Below are positions 1-11,200 of a DNA stretch of 64,000 nt, piece by piece. The stretch is from Tubiluchus corallicola (lineage: Eukaryota > Animalia > Priapulida), in NCBI GenBank assembly GCA_030141605.1, contig JAQGDQ010000198.1, positions 124,001 through 188,000 on the forward strand, written 5' to 3'. The translations under genes were made by a program, and so were the position numbers. The first letter of the stretch is position 1. Every line of letters starts with the position of its first letter. The notes beneath the pieces are model-generated. The model searched no databases and was not told the DNA's origin. It was given only the letters and a program-made list of their open reading frames with translations.

Positions 1-429
1 GATTACTCGCTACTACAAAAAGTATTCTGATCACAGTAATACGTTACCTCCCAACACTTACAACCTTCATTTCTATCTTGTACAACAATATTACCATGGT
101 AATTCGGCTACAACAAGATCCAGCATGAACAGATAAGAGTGTATTTGGATATTACTTCTATTTTTCTGAATACTCAAATGAACTTTTTGTGGTAATAGGC
201 TTATTATATCTTGTTATCTTCACAACCAGGCATGGCAATACACGTTGTTTGGGTATACTGTCATTTATGCGCACTCAGTCCAAAGTGCCCTAGTAGATTC
301 ATCCTAAATTATCCACACAGGAAAAAACATAATCGCGATATAAGGGACACAAACTACGACAGTACTGTGTTAGTGCGGGAACATATTTATTTTAGAAATA
401 GTTCAATTAGTTGTAAAATTGACACTTAC

Positions 430-544
430 AATCCAAAAACCTTCGAATTTCTTTGCCAACTTCTCCTTTAGTCGAAAATTCGTGCCACGTTATGTAACAC
501 ACATAATCAAATAACCAGCCATTAACTATTTCTTGAACATTCAT
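430..544 (-). CDS. Probable first coding exon of a telomeric repeat-binding factor (TRF1/TRF2-like, TRFH domain) gene; rest lies left of the window
   Basis: ATG at 544 preceded by an in-frame stop; reads MNVQEIVNGWLFDYVCYITWHEFSTKGEVGKEIRRFLD and ends at a strong phase-1 donor T|GTAAGT. Resembles helix 1 of the TRFH domain as I recall it (TERF1 AVAAGWMLDFLCLSLCRAF, TERF2 [20 protein letters not shown]...RQIRDIMQ). Only 38 aa; no in-frame exon 2 found inside the window. Confidence 0.45.
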
Positions 545-860
545 TATTGATTTAAATCCTTTTTATCTGTATCCCTGACGAAAAATGATTGCAAAAAGTG
601 AAACAGGTTGTTGGTTGCTGTGGAAGCTGCCATGTCTGTAGTTTCCCGCGCAACAAAAAATACGTATCGTAAATTCTTGAGCAAACTGCAATAAGAAAAA
701 TATAAATAACAACTTAATATAAGCAATAAATAATTCAGGTGCAAAATAGAATTAAAACAAATAATATTTTATTTTTTACAGTTGCAAAGAATTGACAACG
801 TGTTGGGGTTCTCTGTTAAGATCGCATTTCATTTGTCGATTACGAATTTACGAAAAACCC

Positions 861-874
861 GTTGACATGACAAC
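861..874. promoter_or_regulatory. RFX X-box-like motif upstream of ciliary gene SPEF1
   Basis: GTTGACATGACAAC is a 12/14 match to the palindromic X-box GTTGCCATGGCAAC, about 115 bp before the SPEF1 ATG; RFX factors are established regulators of ciliary genes. Confidence 0.55.
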
Positions 875-989
875 AGATACAGCGATAGTGTACAAATTTC
901 TTACATATACGGTTGTCAATATTACATTTTTTGCATCGTTCTTTTAACTGATTTTGCTAAAACGTGTTAAAAATTGCCAATGGAAGGTC

Positions 990-3900
990 ATGCCTAAAGC
1001 TACGTTTGAAGAATTAGACGAAGAAACGTTAGAAGATTTGTACAACTGGGTAGATGAGATTCCTTTATCACGCCCAAAAAAGAACATTAACAGAGATTTT
1101 TCTGATGGAGGTCTATATTTATATTATATTTATATCGATGACTTCAATTATTTTTATTAATGTTATTGTAAAACTAAATTAGCAGAGTAAATACTATGAA
1201 TTATATTTCTCTGAAATACGTCTTAAATGTATAGTTAGTTTTAGCAACTTTAATATAATAATAATAATATAATAATAATCTTTTATTTATCTTTTAACAC
1301 ACGCACAGTTACAATACAATTAATTTGGCAACAAAAATGTGAAGAAAGGGCAGCGAAAGACCAATTGGTCATCTAGTCAGCTGCCCTTTAAATAATAACT
1401 CAATACAATAATAGTAATTAGTATTGTAACTACGTAATATAAATAACTTTTATTTTCAGTTGCTTAAAAGAAACTTTATTAATTGTGTGTTAATTGTTAT
1501 GTAACTGCAAAACAAACAAAAATATGAGCAAGTAGTCTTGCAAATGTGGCAAATGTAGATAAATTCCATCCATACGCCTGTAGCTGCATTTGCCGTTCAC
1601 CAACAGTCTAATTATTTTCATTCACAGTTACACCATCGGAGGGAATACCTAAACCATTTCCTTTGATTACCTAACTACTAGAGTGTTTTGCCATTAGTCT
1701 CCACACAGAACTTAACTAGTTAACAAGGCTTTTGTTTTTGGTGTAGCCTGTAGTGCTACAAACACTTGATTTTTTAGTAAACTAGAATGGACAAATTTCT
1801 ACACTGTAGTTTTCCCAAAACTAGCCAAAAGAGAGGCACCAAAATACTGCAGTATTTATCAAAATTTTAGTTGTCATGATAGTGTAGGTTAGTACCATGT
1901 CTTAATATAATAATTAATGCTGACTAGAAATTGCATCACATTGGTAAAATTTTCATGACATATGGTCATCATTGCCCAAACTCCTATTCCTTTCTACATG
2001 CTGCCCATACTGTCTTCAGTTGTAAAGGTATGGTAAACAATTCCTTTAAGAAAATTGAAAAAGAAATAGTCATAATAATATCAATTTCAGAAAAGATGTA
2101 GCAACAAATATACTGTGATGTAGTAGCTATCTTTTTTAGATTTTGCATCTAGATAAATTAGATGCATTGTTTTCGTTTTTAGTATTGATGGCTGAAATTA
2201 TCAAACACTTTTTTCCTCGGATAATAGAAAGTCACAATTATATTCCGACAAGTGCCGCTAAGAAAAAAGAGGAGAATTGGAGCACTCTCAATCGGTATTT
2301 TCAGTTTATAACACTTGCTTGTTGAACATTGTTTCTTAGTAGCATTGTTGTATAAAAACTATTGATCTGTAAAGAAAGTTGCTATCGCACTGCTAAAGAA
2401 TTGCAAATATGCTAGCATTACTTCACATGTAATTTTTCACAGGCATCGTCCAGGATTTTGTCCCAGACCTACATTAACTATATTTTGCCATTTAACTTTA
2501 TGAAATACTTGTATGAACACTATGAAGCTCTGTCTGTTACATATTCATTTTCTTTTTTTCAGAAAAGTCTTTCCAAAACTAGGTATGACTATTTCAAAAG
2601 ATGTAGTAGCAGACATCGTTGACTGTAAGCCAAATGTTATAGAAACTGTTCTAAATAAACTCAAACTGAGGATTAATGACATAATGTGGAACAAAAAGAA
2701 CAAAACCAAAAATCATTTAGAGGACAGTGATGGTAATTATATTAAAATGTTTCACTTAGTAAATATTAGGGCAAGTGACAGCCATTTATAATGCAACAAC
2801 AATAGAATTGTAAATGTTTTGATATGTATTGTTCCATTTCTTTCTTTTCTTCAACAAAATACCAAAAAAGTTATGAAGATATTATACATTTGGAGTGTCA
2901 CAGAAAAAATGCACCAAAGTTTAGAATACGATAATAGAATTAGAAACATTTGCCTACAAAGTTGAAGGTTTGCAGTGTGGCATTATGATACATTAGCTTT
3001 TGGCTGTGAAAGTTAAAATTTTATAGCTTTAATAGTTTTACATTATGGCCAAAAAGCTTTTACACGTTAAAAAAATTAAATGCCGGAACAATATTGGCTA
3101 ATACTCAGTTGAAAAACTGGTCACTCTAGTGAATAAAATGTCGATACATTACAGCAAAACAATAAAGAAATCAGCCAGTGTGCTTCACAGAAAATAAAAG
3201 ATTTTTAAAGATTTGTTATCAGAAATTTTCATGATGTAAAAATTTGTGTAAAATTTTGTACATAAGCATATGCAACATCGATGCAGTAAATTTCAATAGA
3301 TTCTCGTATTTGCTTCTTATAATATCATAATCAAAACTTTGGCATATCTTTGTCCACTACCTAATAATCAACAACAAGTTTTATGTGGTATAATTTTAAG
3401 CCATTTTTAGTAATGCAAATTATTTTATTGTAACCTTATTGAATTTTTTTAATACAATTTAGCATTTTGTACACGGCAAGCCAAAACTCAGCATTCAAAG
3501 CAGGTTTAATCAACGTTGATGTTTATGTCAAGATTGGAACCCAAATTACTTTTAACTTTTTTATACAATAAATAATATGTTATACTTCGATGGGCTAAAG
3601 TTTACAATTCCCAATACACAATAAATTAGTTTGTGAAGTTGATTAGAATTAGGGTTAGGGTTGGGGTTAGATTATGGTTAGGGTTAGGGCCCGGGTTACG
3701 GTTAGGGTATTTAAATTGTGTTGGAAATTGTTAACTCCTTCCCTTTGATGAATAATATATACTTCGATAAGGAGACAACTATATACAGATACGTTTAAAG
3801 GTGATTAGTGGTCAAGGGCCCAAAGAAAGGTTAATACGCCAGGAACATAACATCTCACCTTAATGATGTAAGCAGCCATGATCAGTATATCCAAAGGAGC

Positions 3901-5586
3901 AGTATAAAGTGAAAATTGTACCCATCCCCATGCACTAAAGTTTGTTAACATTTTGTAGATGGATCATGCAGTTCTGGAATGTCTGAGAACTCCCCTGTGC
4001 AAATTATTAATGTTGGAGGGTGAGTATTAAATATATCAAATGTTAAGTTTGTAGTATTTCTTTATAAGAAAATAATAATTGGGAGCAATTAGCACTGAGC
4101 GTGTGTGTTAAAGATATATACCTCTTACTTGTTTTGAAACCTGCCCCTGGGAGTAAATTAGAAAAAACTGTCTCTTGTTTTAATTATTGACTCACATCTG
4201 ATTATATACAAGCTGTTTCATTTGTTTCACAGTGAACCACAAAGGTATGTGCCACTGCATTTAGTCAGAGAAAAAGAGCATGAATTAAGCTTAGTAAAAA
4301 AAGAACTGGCAACTAGACAAGAAACTTTAGAGGCAAGTTTGTAAAATTCTTGTTTTGACTCATATATTATAAATATTATATCATTAGCTTGTTATAGTTT
4401 TCAAATTCTTAATAAGAAGAACATCATTTTGACAAATATGTATAATATCCAACAATAATCAACAAATATTATAATATTTCCATTAAAAGAAATCGCTACT
4501 GCTAGTGTGCAGTGGAAAGGTTAGGATTTTAGTAATGAAAAATTACATAAAATTTGTTTATACTGTGGGACATTTCGCACACAAATTAGCTGGCTACATT
4601 TAGACATTGTATTATCATTGTTTAATGTGCATATTAAAGTAGTAGTACATATCAATAATGTAATGATATGAAAAAAGTTTCAAAACAAAATGCACTTGAT
4701 AGGTTATCAATGGATTTTATGCTGGAAAATGGTTTCAAAACCAAGACACGGTGTAAGAGTTTTGAGCACAAACACAGTAGCTTTGCTTTAAATGCAGCAC
4801 CTTAGTTTGTGTGATTAGTATTATTAAAAAAATTTACATATGAAAATACTACATTATATTCTACACTGTACTCTAAACTGTACCCAAACTGTAATCTATT
4901 TGTCAGTTTATAAATTTTAAAAATTAAGAGTACCATAATACTAAAAAACTCCAAGTAAGATAATTTCACAAACATAATAAAGAAATAATATTTACACTGT
5001 AGTGTACTTTAGAGATACTTATTGTCCTGTTTAAGCTACACAAACCAAAGTAATATTATTCTTTGATATACAAAATGCAATTTTTAACATGTTGTCTGAC
5101 TAACTCTAACAGTCACGGATTTGCGCATTTTTTACCTTGTTGCTATTTTCTTATTATTGACGTAGACATTAAAATTTAACAAAAATCCTTGCTATTTGAC
5201 GTGATTTTTAAATATCAATAAATATACAAGATGGTATATAATGGTCGTAGCAAAATTTTAATATGCTGAGGAAAACTGTATCATCAGTGATACAAAACAC
5301 TACTGTGAGCCTACAGCTTTTTTATGTTTATGATTTTAATGCAAGGTCACACAAATGTTCAAGTAATTTAGTTTTTAACTAATTATCCATATTGCATGAT
5401 TTCATATTACATTTATAAAATTAAACCAATAAATTCCTTTTCTGTTGCCAGTTATTAGAAGCCAAAGTGCAGCGACTCGAAAAACTGACGCAACTAAAAG
5501 ATGACCGCATTGAGGAGTTAATCCTCAAGCTCGAGAAAATCAAACCTCCTCGACTTGGACCAATCAAAAATGTCGCCAACACCTGA
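990..5586 (+). CDS. SPEF1: Sperm flagellar protein 1 (SPEF1/CLAMP; CH-like domain plus C-terminal coiled coil)
   Basis: Phase-consistent exons 990-1110, 2183-2294, 2563-2732, 3959-4019, 4233-4332, 5452-5586. Motifs LYNWVDEIPLSRPKKNINRDFSDG, VLMAEIIKHFFP, HNY...NWSTLNRKVF and C-terminal EKEHEL...QETLE|LLEAKVQRLEKLTQLKDDRIEEL match SPEF1. The middle exon 3959-4019 is less certain. Confidence 0.92.
1255..1400 (-). mobile_element. Probable 3' tail relic of a LINE/SINE (stem-loop plus (TAT)n tail)
   Basis: Hairpin AGGGCAGC...GCTGCCCT (about 1347-1388) followed, on the - strand, by ATAAATAAAA and a TAT repeat, the usual layout of L2/CR1-type 3' ends. Confidence 0.35.
3592..3750. mobile_element. 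Small MITE-like insertion carrying degenerate (TTAGGG)n
   Basis: Imperfect inverted repeats 3599-3621 / 3716-3736 enclose TTAGGG-like units (3649-3707); flanked by the direct repeat AATAATAT(GT)TATACTTCGAT at 3571-3591 and 3751-3768. Confidence 0.6.
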
Positions 5587-6668
5587 TATCTAAGGACATT
5601 TCAGAATTTTCAACTGTTCCGAGTGCCAACTGTTATTATATTTATATTATATATCTACACTTGTATGCTTGTTTCTGAATGTTATTTAAAAATGTAGTCA
5701 TACTACCAAAATATTGAATTTGGCTTTACTAAAGTGTAGTGGAAGTTAAAGTGTCACTTTACTAAAGCGTCATGTTCCTGGTGCTTTGTTAGTACAGTAA
5801 TTTTATATACTGGTTTCTTCAAATACAAAATGTGTTTGAACTATGTACTAATCTGCTGCAAATTGAGAAACTGTGTAATAGACAAAATTAGCTTAATAAA
5901 CAAAGAACACTGTTTAAGGAAACAACAAAAACACTCAAGTAACTGCTATGAAACTTATATTACTTAAATTTTTTTAACAATAAGACTGCATTAAAAAATC
6001 AAAAATGTAGGTAATGGTTTCTCTAATGAACAAGTTAAGCACCAATGAAATATACATTTCAGTTTTGCAGTTTAATATGTGTGCTTTCAGTTACTTAAAT
6101 ATTCTGAAATGAAGGTGTAGTTATTTTTGTTCCTTTAAAAGTACACCAGTTCCTATGATTTCAATGACGATTTTAGCAGATTACAACATGGTGCCGTAAT
6201 TTGCTACCATGTTTTGTTTTAATATATACTGGTTACAAAACCAGTTTACTATTACAATGAACACATTCACAAAACGATATCTCTGTTAATGCTTCTGCTA
6301 ATTTAATAGTGATTCAATACATAGCTACGCTAGCGCTGTAAACAGTGCTGGTCATAGTATACTATGCATAACATGGTAACGTCACTGACAGGAAAAAGTG
6401 TACAAGCAGATGCCCATTTAAGTACTGCAAGGGTTAAAAAAATGGTATTTTATGTAGGTAATATTAAGAGTCTTATTATTTAGAAAGGAACAAAGATTTC
6501 ACAGAGCATGAGCACCTACATTTTTGCAAACTTAAACTGAAGCAAAAGCGGAACTGACTAAAACTAAATTTGAGATGAAGAGTTCATACATTTTGGTATG
6601 AGGCCCTAAATGGACCAAATGTTCCAAATTCTGTGAACATAAATAGCTATAAGTAAACTTGAGACAAG

Positions 6669-7173
6669 TGACTCTGGTTAAAAAAGAACGAAGATTAGTG
6701 GAAATAATAAAAACCCTTGAAACAAGAAGAGAAATCTTCGTTCTTTTTAACCAGAGTCATCCGCCACAGGGCTCCCATTTTTTGTCTATGGTAACCCCAT
6801 CGGATAGATGGCACCAAGCCTACGCTCACTTAAGCAGAAGAAGCTGGATACTTCAAACAGATCTCAGTCTGTGAAGGTAGATACCAAGCTCACACCGAAG
6901 CAGTTCACTCGAGCAGGTCGTAAAATACAAGCACCTCAAAGATTTGTGGACCTTTGAACTACCACATCTTAATATTATATTGTTTAAACTAATGTTTTTG
7001 ACAAAAGTGTTTAAATGTTCGCATGTATAATTGTTTATTTTTTGTCAAAACCTTGTGTAGAAACAGCATTTACTATCCATTCTAGGGGGCCCTGTGGCAG
7101 ATGACTCTGGTTAAAAAAGGACTAAGATTTTTCTTCTTGCTTTAAGGGTTTTGATTAGTAGAAATAATAAAAA
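6669..7173. mobile_element. Non-autonomous element with ~75-bp inverted repeats
   Basis: 6704-6776 is the imperfect reverse complement of 7085-7158; an extra partial copy at 6669-6696; the interior encodes ...FTRAGRKIQAPQRFVDL*, a TRxGR-type tail common in transposon ORFs. Confidence 0.55.
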
Positions 7174-8254
7174 ATTTTGTAAAATTCCAATTGCAATAAA
7201 CTTCAAACTTGATTTATTTTGTGAAATATAATTTAAAATTTCTAAAAACGCAAGTTGTAATTGTGTCCCACTGGTGGTCACCTGCCACAATGAAAAATGT
7301 GGTTGAAACAGCTTAAGAGCTCTATTTAAGGGAAAGTGTGAAACAGCTTTAGGTTTCATTTCAGTGTTATAATTTAACTTCCATTTGCTCCATATTACCA
7401 ATGCCTCACTGCAGCAGAAATTTTACGAATTAAAAACAAAAGCTTAATACTCGTCATACCGTTCCAATGAAATAACTGTCAAGAAACACAATTCGATATA
7501 CAGTTCTCTTATCTATTGTTCAAGGAAACGATTAAACTGTTTCACTTACCTGTATATCTATATACCTAGTTCTTTTTAGTACTTTTTCTTTATAGTTTTA
7601 ATACATGTCACAAAAGTGAAGTTTCAAAAAAGCTTTCGATCACTGATAAGAAATTAAACAAATTAGTAACTGTACTACATTGCTACCAAATACTATTGTA
7701 CAAATCTTTTTTGTTTGTTTGCTTTTCAGTGGGCACAAAACTATCACAGAGAAAATTTCCAATTTGTGTAGGCTTTTACCGTGGCTATTCCATAGCAGAC
7801 CTCGAAATGTTGGAGCAAACACTATTTCCAGGCAATCATGCCCATGCATTGTTTTAAGGCAGTAATTTCAAAAGCACAGGCTATGACCACTCAGCTATCC
7901 CTGCCGTGTTGTTAACTACACAAAAAATAGATCACAGGTTGAACATCAAAAAACCGGTTTACTGAAAGACTACGGAAGCCAGTTTAATTTAAAAATTACC
8001 TTCCCCACTTTTCAATGTAGGCAGTAGTCCCAGTATGACACTTTTCACTGGATTAGTAGCAAGGTTAATGGTAAAGTATTAACTACTTGTTGTTTTAATA
8101 GCCAATTCAAGTTATTTTTAATAATTACCAAAACGGTAATTGTTAGTCGTACACTCAGATGTAGGGTATCTCAAAACTGTGTTCAAGCTAAAGTCGCATT
8201 ACAGGTCACATCATGAAGTCATAATACACTGCAGTGTCTGACCATCAGCTACTA

Positions 8255-11200
8255 CTATGATGAACATTTCAACAAGTTGCATTTACTAATAAGTTCAACC
8301 AAACTTTCTTCACAATTATATGCTGGCATGAGCTCTATCAGATGTATGCTGTCAACATAATAGTGATGTGTTATGTTGCACTTTTCAAACATGTTTAAGC
8401 AGTTCTTGAATGTATCTACAGACACAGACTCTGTGTACTCTGTTAGACCACTGTTGACATGCTCCATGGCACTGGTATACACATGTTGTATAAATTGATT
8501 TTCTGAAAATTTTAAATATCTGTGCATTAAGAAACCATTTTCACAAAAAGCAGAAAAATTAACATTCACTTAGACACGAATGAAGTCATTATTAAAGTTT
8601 AATCATTAATCATTGTTATGAAATTCTGTTTTCCAAAAATTAATTAATTTCAAATACAAAAAATGGCCCAGAAAATGTTTTGCATCAGTTACATAAACAT
8701 ATAGTACATGGTTGAAGAAATACATGTAAATAACTCGTCAAGTTACCAAACTGGACTCACCTTCCATACAAGAATCCAGCAATACATAAAGACTCTTGGC
8801 TGCCACATAATATGACTGAATGAGCGGTTGTAACAACATCCATAAAAACTCTAATTTCTCATTGTTCCCATCATTGTAATTTACCTGACAAAATCAAAAA
8901 TGAAAGCATATAATGTTGCAATGAACAGTGTTATTCACCTTTTAACAAATGTTTGGGCTATCAATAATATACTTGAACTGAATGGCACATTAAAAATAGA
9001 CCAAAATGTGTTTTATAGTCTTTCTCCAAAGCTTCACTTGCCTATAGGCAATGTTACAACATTCAGCCCTGGTTAATGAACCATTTCATTCCAGCATAGT
9101 ATCAGTTTCCCGGTGAACCACACACTACAGATGGTTCAAAGCTTTAATACGTACATAGGCAATTTCTTTCATTGCCGTTCTCGGGTTCACACAGCCACAA
9201 AGGCTAAATGAAGAAGGTTAATGATCATACCGAACACTTGATCCAAGGATTAAGACTTTTTGCACGTAAAAAGAGCTAATAAGCTTAGTTGCGACGCTTA
9301 TACACCTGAACACAGCATGTAAAGGACACTCAAAATGCCTCTAGGCAAACTTGTATTGTTACAAAAGAAGTTTTGATGTTGTTTAATTTATGCATTATTG
9401 CTTATTGCTTACAGTAATTTGTTCATCAGCAAAACTTGTATCATCATCGTCATTGTCGTCATCATAGTCATTATTCCATGACAGGGAAGCGGCTAGATTC
9501 CGCGCCCAAGCTTCTTCTTTTGTCGTATACATTCCTGAATTGTCAGGCTGAAAACAAAAAATGTAATAATTAAAACAAACTGAGGCAAATGATAACAAAA
9601 ATCTTTATGCTCACCTTCAATTGACAAAGCAAACAACAGTAATCGAATTATTATGTGTTGTAGTGATGGATCGATCAACATTTTTGGGCACCAAGCCGAT
9701 CAACTTTGCTTTTCACCGATACTGATGTAGTTATTACTGCTATAAAAATTATTTTTAACCTACACTGTCTTATCAGCTATTTTACATGTCAAAAAATATT
9801 ACCCATAATGAAATTTCATCACTTAACTGTAAACAGTTATTTGGCTTTCAGGACTTTATTAATTTTATTGAAGCCTCGCTAAGCTAAGTAAATTAATGAT
9901 TCTATGTTAGGGCAACAGTTTTCATCTCCATGGCCAAAGAAAATAGAGTAGGTCCACAAATCCATAAATTCAGCTAGAACACAGAAAGGTAACAGTCTTA
10001 AAATAATCAATGGATTTTCACGTGTTCTTCATGCTTGTTTGTTACTACTATAACAGGTTCTAGACAGATGACTACTGCCAAGTGGATCTACACCAATACA
10101 GCTACAATGGAACGACCAAGTAATGTGAAAGGATTTCAAATAATTAAAGAAAATGCAATTCAAACCCACAAAACCTGATTCATAAAAAAAATAATAAATG
10201 TTCATTCATCTTCACAGACTTCGCTGCAAACAAGCATGTGGTCTGAACACAAGGAAAATGAGCAAGACTGCTCAATGATGATTACGGTATGAAATGAATA
10301 GCGCAACAAAGCAGCTTGAATGATCAAAGCTCAGGAGTGGGACTGAAATGCTTAATCTGTAGAGTATATTTGGATGGTGCCCTTTGAGCGTGGGATCTCA
10401 ACGGGACGGCAACTGAACGAAATATGGTTGACGCATGCAAATACTTTTGCAGTAACAATGTGCTAAATATTTCAAGACTTTTACTGGAAGTTTGAAATAT
10501 TTTATTTTTACATTTTCTTACAAATTTAGCTAATTTTATGTACTGATCGGCTCAACAGTTTGCCGAACCGATCAATAATTTATATCCAAGCTGATCAGAT
10601 GTTGCTCACTGAACACCACTGTTCAGTTACCGATCACCAATCGGCTCGACCCATCTCTATAATATTGGCCTACAGAACTTATAAAGCATTGCCTTTGTCA
10701 CACAAAAAGCTGCAAAAAAGAATCATATATATTTGGTAGAGTTCCTTCTTAATACATACATGCCTTCTAACGAGGGGCGCTATATTGGCTGTATATTGAT
10801 TCCATTACCTACAACTCATCAAATTAAAGATGTTTCACATGTAGAAATTTTATTCTTACTTAATGACTCTTATGCTGAATGTGTGACTAATTCATTGAAT
10901 TACTTATCCGTTTCTTTATTTTTGGGTTTGTGTTCTATTTTGCAATTAATTGGCTTTTTAATTAACCAGTCTTGCAAAAAGTCATTAAAATTAAGAAAAT
11001 TTCCTAAGCAACTACCACGCAATTTGTAACATTAATGGTCATGTGCATACCTACTGAACCCTTCTAGTGATGCTTCTAGTGAAATTTCAATACTAACTGA
11101 TCTATAGTTACTTCTCGCTGTAAGAACACTATAACTAAAATGTACTTTTATTTCCAAAAATGTTAAAACCGATTAATTTAAAGCACAGTGCAAGTTAAAT

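Noticed and set aside
61-400. Second exon of the TRF-like gene
   Set aside because: Every AG acceptor I tested gives an early stop in the required phase; exon 2 is probably left of the window.
3463-3503. Extra SPEF1 exon (AG...CAG|GTTTAA)
   Set aside because: 41 nt would shift the frame between exons 3 and 4, and no compensating exon was found.
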